Shown here in pieces: positions 56,932-64,000 of a stretch of 64,000 nucleotides of DNA. The position numbers and the translations under genes are program-made. Under the pieces are notes generated by a model, which made no database searches, was not told the DNA's origin, and saw only the letters and a program-made list of their open reading frames with translations. Location of the stretch: the NCBI GenBank assembly GCA_009914755.4, contig CP068257.2, positions 2,496,001-2,560,000 of the forward strand. The letters run 5' to 3'. How positions within the stretch are numbered: position 1 is the first letter of the stretch; each line of letters begins with the position of its first letter. This DNA comes from the human T2T-CHM13v2.0 reference genome, Homo sapiens.

Positions 56932-59049
56932 ACTAATTATTAGTGCCTGAATTAAGTTATACAGTAAGTGAACTAAAGTTCACAGGGCACAGATAAGTTT
57001 ATCAAACTTTACTATTTTATCTTGTCATTTACAACATCCATATAAGCAATTAGCCATATAAGCAAAATTCATATAACCACTTAAATGTACATTTGTCCTT
57101 GTCTCCATATATTCATACTAAGATGCACAGAAAATACAGCAAAAGAAACATTGAAAGTCAATAAAAATAAATCTGACAATATACATTTTTTATGCCCTTC
57201 AGGACCTAGATACAAAAAATGTTGAGAAAACATGGATAGTGGTGCATACATTTTCTAATATGTGAATAGCCTAAATCACATGAAAGAACTAATGAACGGT
57301 GACATGTCATAGAAAATTCATCTTTTATTGTTTTCTTTGATGAAGAATCTGAATTTGTTGATATGTACTATACATTCAGCATTTGTATTTGGTTTGTTTC
57401 ATAGCTAATGATATGTTTATACATGAACAAAGAGTACAGTGTTGAAATAGTCTGTGTGCTGACATTCATAGTTTTTAAAAATACCATTGCAGGCAATGAA
57501 GTTGTGCCAGAAAAATCTGATTTCTTGTACAAAAGGAATACTTAGCCAGGGCCTCAAGCTCAATATATTTATTAAAAATGTCCTACATTGCCATAAAAAC
57601 ATGATAACGTTAAATAATTTATTTCTATAAATTAAGAATTAAAAATAAAAATGATATCTTTTATGGATTAAGGAAGTGCTGATGAGACAGAATGGCGATT
57701 GAAGACAAAAATTCCAAATTCAGGTAAATAATTTTACTCATATTTGTTTTATTTTAGAGAAAACAATACTTTTGACCATATACTATTTATTGCAGTGGAG
57801 TATTTCAAAAATATATACACAATATATAATTAATTTTCTAATGGCATAAAAGTAATCACATTCTACAGATTATTACAATATGGTCTATTGATGAGAGGGG
57901 TGTTTCAAATGAAAAAACTTGGAATTTCTCATGAGATAGTGATAGATGCCATAGAAAATCTCTGTAAAGTATTTCACTCATATATGCAACTATGGATATT
58001 TCTGCTTTTCAGAAAAATAATTTACTTTAAATACTTAATGCAGACAATTAAAATCACCAAGAAGTTACAAGAATTCACAGAATGCCTAATATAGTTGAAA
58101 TGAAATTAATAAAATTTCCCAGGACTGGAAGTAAATAAAGGTAATGAGCTGGAGAAGAAATCAACCTAACAGGCCAGGGCTCCACTCAGATGCGTCTGAT
58201 CACAAGAATGTCAGGTCCATGTGGGTTGTTCCCTTCTGACAAGGCAAATGGAATAAACAAAGAGGAACTGCCTGCAGGCATTGGAATGTGGTGTCTCCCA
58301 TATGTGATGATTAAATTATAGATTATGTTGCACACAAAGAGATGAGCTACTGGGGTGAAGCATCAGAAGAAATATGGCACATAAATCTCAGATATTGAAT
58401 TTACATTTAAATGTTTAAGTCAATATAATGGAAAAACAAGAAACCAAAATAATGTAGAAAGAAACTACGAGCTTGTCAAGTTATCTTTGGAAAAGAGGCA
58501 AATGAAAAGTAAAGTATTGAAAGTGTTGTAAAACAATTTAATGTACAACATATAAGTTACATATTAAAATAGGCTGAGCCGAAAAGAGGACTAGTAAAGT
58601 GAAATGCTGATCACAATTAATGTAGTCATATATGTTATACAAGGCAAATTAATAGAAAATATAAATATATTTATATATGAAGGTTAGATTGAGAGGAAAT
58701 AAAAGACATTCAATTGTTTTACTAGACTCTTTAAACAGGAAGGCAATAGTCAAAGAATCAGTGACTCGTAAGTTTCAGAAATTGGAAACCAGACATGAAT
58801 CCTTTAAAAGTTTAGGGTGTAATATATGAAAAAAAGGTAAATTAAGAAATACTAAGAAGAAATAATGGTTTTGGTTATTATGAATACTGCTTAAAAAACA
58901 TGAAAGTGCAGTTATCTTTTTGACTTGCTTGTTTTATTTCCTTTTGATATAAACCCAGTAATGAGATTGCTGCATCATATGGTAGTTTTATTTGTAATTA
59001 ATTGAAAAACCTCCATGCTGTTCTCCCTATAGAAATGGGAAATGATTAT

Positions 59050-59485
59050 AGTAATTTACATTCCTACCAACAGTGTATAAGGGCCCATCTACAGAATGAA
59101 TAAAGAAAATGCTATACACACACGCACACTCACACGCACACACACACAGGAATAATGTTCAGTCATAAAACAGAATGAAGTTCCGTAATTTGTGTCAACA
59201 TGGATGACTGTAGAGGACATTATGTTAAGTGGAATAAGCCAGTCACAGAAAGACAAAGACCACGTGCTCTCACTCATGTGACATCTGAAGAAGTCCATCT
59301 CATACAAGTAGGGAGTAGGATTGTGGTTAACATAGGTTATCGATGGCAGAAGGATGAGAGAGTGGGGAGAGCTTTGTCACTGGGTACAAAATTACAGTTA
59401 GGAAGAATAAATCCTGGTGTTCTATTACACAGTACGATGACTATAGCTAATAATAATGTACCGTTTATTCTATAATAGCTTGAAC
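59050..59485 (+). mobile_element. Old L1 3'-end fragment, including an internal CA-rich tract.
   Basis: ..aatgaataaagaaaatgctatacacacacgcacactcacacgcacacacacacagg..aagtggaataagccagtcacagaaagacaaa.. and ..atgactatagctaataataatgtaccgtttattct match the typical L1M/L1P 3'UTR architecture. Confidence 0.65.
59112..59152. repeat. Imperfect (CA)n / CACGCA-type microsatellite.
   Basis: The sequence is cacacacgcacactcacacgcacacacacacagg. Confidence 0.85.
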
Positions 59486-59574
59486 AGAGGATTTTGAACT
59501 TTATTAGACAAGGAAATAAATATTTAAATTTTTAAATATGCTAATCACTCTGGTTGGATCACTGTACAGTGTAA

Positions 59575-59830
59575 AAGGTACAATGTGATGCAGTGAAACG
59601 TGATATAATTAACACTTGATAATTATACATGTTTACGGAGTATAGTGTGGTGTTTCACTGCATCACGCTGTACCGTGTAATATGATGCAGTGAAACATAA
59701 TGTAATTAACACATGAAAATTATACACGTTTATGGAGTACAATGTGATGTTTCACTGCATCTCACTGTACCGTGTAGTATGATGCATTGAAACATCACAC
59801 TGTACCCCATAAATATTAATGGTTCAGCGA
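59575..59830. repeat. About 96-bp tandem repeat, 2.5 copies. Each unit carries an approx. 23-bp inverted repeat (hairpin arms gatgcagtgaaac / gtttcactgcatc).
   Basis: gatgcagtgaaac occurs at 59,597 and 59,693, and gtttcactgcatc at 59,662 and 59,759. The arms are exact reverse complements over 13-14 nt and 21/23 nt when extended. The third copy has the arms juxtaposed with the loop deleted. Confidence 0.8.
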
Positions 59831-60021
59831 GGAACTCTGGGACACAGAGCAGCTCCGGGTTAGCCATGACCAGGAGCTTCACTTGTGTGAGGTAGCGAGA
59901 GGGGAATGCCCCTGTACTCAGCTGAGAGTTGGCCCCGACCCCATCCACTTTGACTGCTGGGTGCCAGCAGAAGTCAGGGACCACTAACTTCAGGCAGAGG
60001 CAGGAAGCAAGGTCATTGCAT

Positions 60022-60103
60022 CTTTTTTCTTTTTTTCTTTTGAGAGAGTCTCACTCTATCACCCAGGCTGGAGTGCAGTGGCGCGATCTCGGCTCACTGC
60101 AAC
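60022..60103 (-). mobile_element. Truncated Alu fragment, antisense (poly-T plus right-arm end).
   Basis: The sequence is tcttttttctttttttcttttgagagagtctcactctatcacccaggctggagtgcagtggcgcgatctcggctcactgcaac. Confidence 0.8.
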
Positions 60104-60159
60104 GTACTTAGAGGTGTACTTCAGAATCACACCTGCAGGAATCACACATAGAGGTTTAC

Positions 60160-60525
60160 GTCAGAATCACATCTGCAGGAAGGTCCCTCGGTGAGATTAA
60201 CAAGCCCACATAAGTGCCAGTTCTGGGTATGAGAGTCAAGGCCTCCTGTATGTTGCATCTATGTACATAAATCACAATCTCAACGGTGGAATGGATTTTT
60301 CCATGACAGCCTTAATGTCTTTTGAAAACTGAGTTATCTTACTGTAGTCACAGCCTCACAAGTGTTTTGGATCTTGGTCAGGGAGTCACATACTCACTTG
60401 TGGACAACATCCACTTATGAGAGCCAATTTTCCAACTTTTGACTGCCTCTGGGTGTGAGATTCAAAACCTGAATCATGGGCTGTGTTCATGTGGGAGAAT
60501 GACAATTTTGACTGATGGCTGGGCT
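60160..60525 (+). repeat. Leader segment, copy 1 (about 350 bp), preceding the approx. 73-bp tandem array. It is homologous to 61,880-62,250.
   Basis: Shared blocks: ..atctgcagga..gagattaacaagcccaca..cctcctgtatgttg..gtcacagcctcacaagtgtt..ggatcttggtc.gggagtcac..cttttgactg.ct..gggtgtgagattca.aacct.a...tg..ctgtgttcatgtg.gag.atgacaat.ttgactg. Confidence 0.7.
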
Positions 60526-60529
60526 CAGG

Positions 60530-61860
60530 CAGGAGACTTTCATCCTGCAGGTGTTGAGATAAATGATATGTCACAATACACAAAATATGCTGGGTGCAGG
60601 CAAAAGAGGAGATTCATATTAGCTGGTTACTAGGTCCAGTTATATGTCACGTTTTTGGCAGGGCTAAGGCAGAAGAGGAGAGTCAGAGCTGAAGAAATGT
60701 CACAATGTCCCTGTGGGCAGGGCCTACGCATAAGAATTACATCATGTAGTCATCGAACCCAGCCATATATTACAATACACAATGTATACAGGACCAAGGC
60801 AAGAAAGGACAGTATATCACATAGGTACTGGGTCCAGCAATATGTCACAATACCACCTGAGGGGAGGCTCCAGGCAACAGGGTAACATTACCTAAGTGAA
60901 GTGCCCAGAGAGATGTTTCAATGCCCCTGGTGGGTAGGATTTTGAAAAAGGACAAGTTACAGAACCTAGGGGCTAGGCATAGCTATGAGCCACATTCGTC
61001 TCCAAGACGGAGCTCAGACATGAGAGAAAAGTTACATCTTGTAAGTACTGGGCAAAGTAATATGTCACAATCCTTATGTGAGCAGGCCCTAGGAAGAAGT
61101 AGAGAGTCACATAGTCTAGTTGATGGGCCCAGAGGTATTTGACAATGACTCCTGTAGGTAGGAACCAGGCAAAAGAATCACTTCACCTGTGTGCTGTGCC
61201 CAGTTACAAGTCACTCTTCCCTCTGTGGACATGACCCAGGCAGGGAGAAGAGTCACATCATCCGGGTGCTTGGCCCAAAGATATGTCACAATCTTTCATA
61301 TGGGCAATGCTCAGGTAAGACAGGAGAGTCACATCAAATAGGTGAAGGACCCACAGGTATGTCACAAGGCCTTCTGTGAACTTGATCCAGGCAGAAGATT
61401 CACAGCAACTTGGTGCTAAGCCCAGCAACATGTCACAATCCCTTCTGTGTAAACGGACCAGGCAGGAGAAGAGAATCACATTACCTGGCTGATAAGTGCA
61501 GAGATATGTCACAATGCCCCTTGCAGGCAGGGCCCAGGCAGAGGAGTTACAACACCTGGGTAGTGGACCCAGCAATATACTGCAGTGTCCCATATGGGCA
61601 GTGCACAAGCAGGAGATTCACATAACCTGGGTCCAAGGCCAAGCTATATATAACGCTTCCTGTGGGCAGCGCCAAGGCAGAAGAGGAGACTCACATCACC
61701 TGGGTGCAAGGTCTAGCGATATGCCAAAATGCTTACTGTGGGCAGTGCCAAGGAAGGAGAATAGAGTTACACCCTCAATGTGCTGGATTCAGCAATATGT
61801 TAATATCCATATCTGTGGGCTGGGTCCATGCAAGAGCGTCAAGTCACTCAGGTGCTAGGC
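60530..61860 (+). repeat. Tandem array of an approx. 73-bp unit (about 18 copies, 15-25% divergent). Unit approx. atatgtcacaatgcccctgtgggcagggcccaggcagaagaggagagtcacatcacctgggtgctaggcccagca.
   Basis: The landmark atgtcaca(at) recurs at about 60,569, 60,643, 60,697, 60,841, 61,062, 61,283, 61,360, 61,430, 61,506, (61,578), (61,650), (61,721) and (61,797). Spacings are 70-77 bp. Confidence 0.8.
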
Positions 61861-61879
61861 ACTGGGAAATTTCACCATG

Positions 61880-62250
61880 AAATCTGCAGAATCGTCCAGG
61901 AGTAAGATTAACAATCCCACAACTCTCTCACTTGTAGGCATGACATTCAACACCTCCTGTATGTTGGGTCTAAGCCCACGAGTAACCATCTCAACACCAG
62001 ACTGGATCTGTGCATGAAAGCCTCAATTCCTCTGCACACTGTGTCACCTTAGTGAAGTCACAGCCTCACAGTTGTGCTGAATCTTGGTCTGAGAGTCACC
62101 AACCCATGAGTATCCATATATAAGTCATTTCTTCCCACCTTTGACTGACTACAGGTGTGAGATTCAGAACCTCAACAGTGACCTGTGTTCATGTGAGAGG
62201 ATGACAATATTTACTGTTGACTGGATGTGCATATGAGTGCCACAATCTCA
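61880..62250 (+). repeat. Leader segment, copy 2, homologous to 60,160-60,525.
   Basis: The same ordered blocks are present (gtaagattaacaatcccaca.., cctcctgtatgttgg.., gtcacagcctcacagttgtgctgaatcttggtctgagagtcac.., ..gggtgtgagattcagaacctcaacagtgacctgtgttcatgtgagaggatgacaatatttactg). Confidence 0.7.
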
Positions 62251-62539
62251 CTTGTGTGCTCGGCCCAGTTAGCACTCTCTGTGTACTACCCAATGGTGCT
62301 ATACAGTATGAATGAAAGTTGCAATCAACTTTGAGACCTTCCTGCTGGTAGGGACCCATGATCGTGTCTGTGGCATTAAACCCGGGTATGAGAGTCAACA
62401 TCATTACAATTAACTATGTCAGGATAGGAGACTCCTCCCTTGTCTATAAGCTGGGCTTAGAAATGAGCCACCATTTCAACTCTGGTTGAATGTTTATATA
62501 TTAACACTGGCCTAACACCGAGGTGATGTGAGTCTTTGG

Positions 62540-63190
62540 CCTAGACACTTCAAGCAGGAGGCAATGTGACATATCTCTGGGCCTAACAACTATTTGATGT
62601 GACCTGCTTTTTTACCTGAGCGTTTCCCATAAAAGAGACGTGACGTGACATATGTCTAGACCCAGCACCTAGGTGATGTGACTTTCCTTTTTTGACTGAG
62701 CCCTGTGTATTTTGGGTATTCTGATATATCACTGGACCTAACATCTGGAAGACAAGAAGATCCAGCATGGGCCCTGCCTAAAAGTTTCTTGTGACATATT
62801 TCTACGTTAATACCTTGGAGATGTGACTCTCCTCTCTTACCTGGGCTTTACCCATAAGAGAGATGGTTACATATCTCTGCAACAAGCACCTAAATGCCGT
62901 GACCCTTCTTTCTTGCCTGGGTCACGCCCACAGATGAAAGGGTGGCTAATCGCTGTTTCCAGCACACCAGTTATGGGATTATTCTGCCAGATCTCTGCTC
63001 ACAGGAGTCATTGTGACATATCCCTGGGCCCAGAAACTATTTAATATGACTCTTCTCTATTACCTTAACTTCGTGTATAGGATAAATTGTGACATATTTC
63101 TGGGTCCAGCACCTAGGTGATGCAACTCTCCTTTTCTGCATGGACTATGCCCCCAGGAAGGAGGCTGATTTATTGCTGTGTTGACAGCTG
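62540..63190 (-). repeat. Second array of the same approx. 73-bp repeat in inverted orientation (about 9 copies), mirror-image to 60,530-61,860.
   Basis: The units contain attgtgacatat (reverse complement of atatgtcacaat) followed by ..ctgggtccagcacctaggtgatg.. (reverse complement of ..catcacctgggtgctaggcccag..). The cyclic order matches the reverse-complemented forward unit. Confidence 0.75.
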
Positions 63191-63553
63191 ATGTGATACC
63201 TCGGTTCTTGTCTTCTTAGTTTATAAGAATTTAAACAAGAGACACACAGAAAAGAAGTACAACATAATTTATTGGAGAAGAAAAAAAATGTTTGAAAGTT
63301 AAATGCAGAATACAGTACACCATGAGAGAGATATTCCAGGGCGGGCTGCTCATAAGAGTGAGACAGTGTGGATTGTCGCTGGAGAAACCCCCTTATGGGA
63401 GTTTTACGTTATTATTAATAAGAAAAGGGGAAGAGGAGCTGTTAGTAAGCCTGTTCTGAGTGGTCTATTGGGTGCACATGTGCGGTAGCTGTACATGCTT
63501 GTTCATATGTTGCATGTCTCATTAGCATCTTAGACCTGTAGCCAGGAGTGTAT

Positions 63554-63853
63554 TTTTGTTTGTTTGCTTGAGACAGAGTTTCACTCTGTTGCCCAGGCTG
63601 GGGTGCGGTGGTGCAATCTCTCCTCACTGCAACCTCTGCCTCCCGAGTTCAAGCCATTCTCATGCCTCGGCCTCCTGAGTAGCTGGGATTACAGGCATGC
63701 ACCACCAAACCCGGCTAATTTTTGTATTTTTAGTTGAGACGGGGTTTCACTATGTTGGCCAGTCTAGTCTTGAGCTTCTGGTTTCAAGTGATCCATACCC
63801 CTCAGCCTCCCAAAGTGCTGGTAGTACAGGTGTGAGCCACCATGCCCAGCTGG
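63554..63853 (-). mobile_element. Alu SINE, antisense.
   Basis: It starts tttttgtttgtttgcttgagacagagtttcactctgttgcccaggctggggtgcggtggtgc... and ends ...gtgtgagccaccatgcccagctgg. Confidence 0.88.
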
Positions 63854-64000
63854 GGGGTGTATTTTTGCTATTAAAATAAGCAAAAGTTAAGTTTGAGGAC
63901 AGGTAAAATCAAAATGCACGTGCTCTCTAGAACAGAAAGTCCTTAATGAAGATAACTTTGCTTGAATGAGCCCAATTACAATGCGAATGCTAAAGCTTAT

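Noticed and set aside
60439-61880. ORFs of 62-120 aa inside the approx. 73-bp tandem array (e.g. 61,496-61,858 +).
   Set aside because: The sequence is periodic repeat, and the ORFs follow the repeat phase with no coding signature.

Overview
This window reads as primate (human-type) nuclear DNA from a satellite/euchromatin boundary. It is not a prokaryotic or gene-dense locus: Alu SINEs, L1PA-type and older L1 LINEs and a MaLR LTR are all visible. Positions 1-38,131 are one uninterrupted array of about 790 copies of a 48-bp tandem satellite. The array reverses orientation head-to-head at about 4,619 and contains several locally perfect multi-unit duplications. Its distal edge abuts a minus-strand L1 that keeps its 5' end but is cut off inside ORF2 exactly at the satellite junction. 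The remaining 26 kb is ordinary repeat-rich sequence (Alu x5, an old L1 and L1 3' ends, a THE1/MST LTR). It includes a twin-primed (internally inverted) L1 insertion with an intact 14-bp target-site duplication. It also contains two CpG-rich islands, one followed by an mRNA-like but interrupted reading frame with an exon-end duplication. There is a 96-bp tandem repeat whose units form about 23-bp hairpins. Finally there is a composite locus of roughly 73-bp tandem repeats arranged as two mirror-image arrays, each preceded by a homologous about 350-bp leader. I can support no intact protein-coding gene. The hundreds of tiled ORFs in the satellite arise because 48 bp equals 16 codons, which holds the frame open. 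I cannot name the satellite family with certainty. The 48-bp unit length matches what has been described for the CER/D22Z3 family, but I cannot verify sequence identity without a database search.
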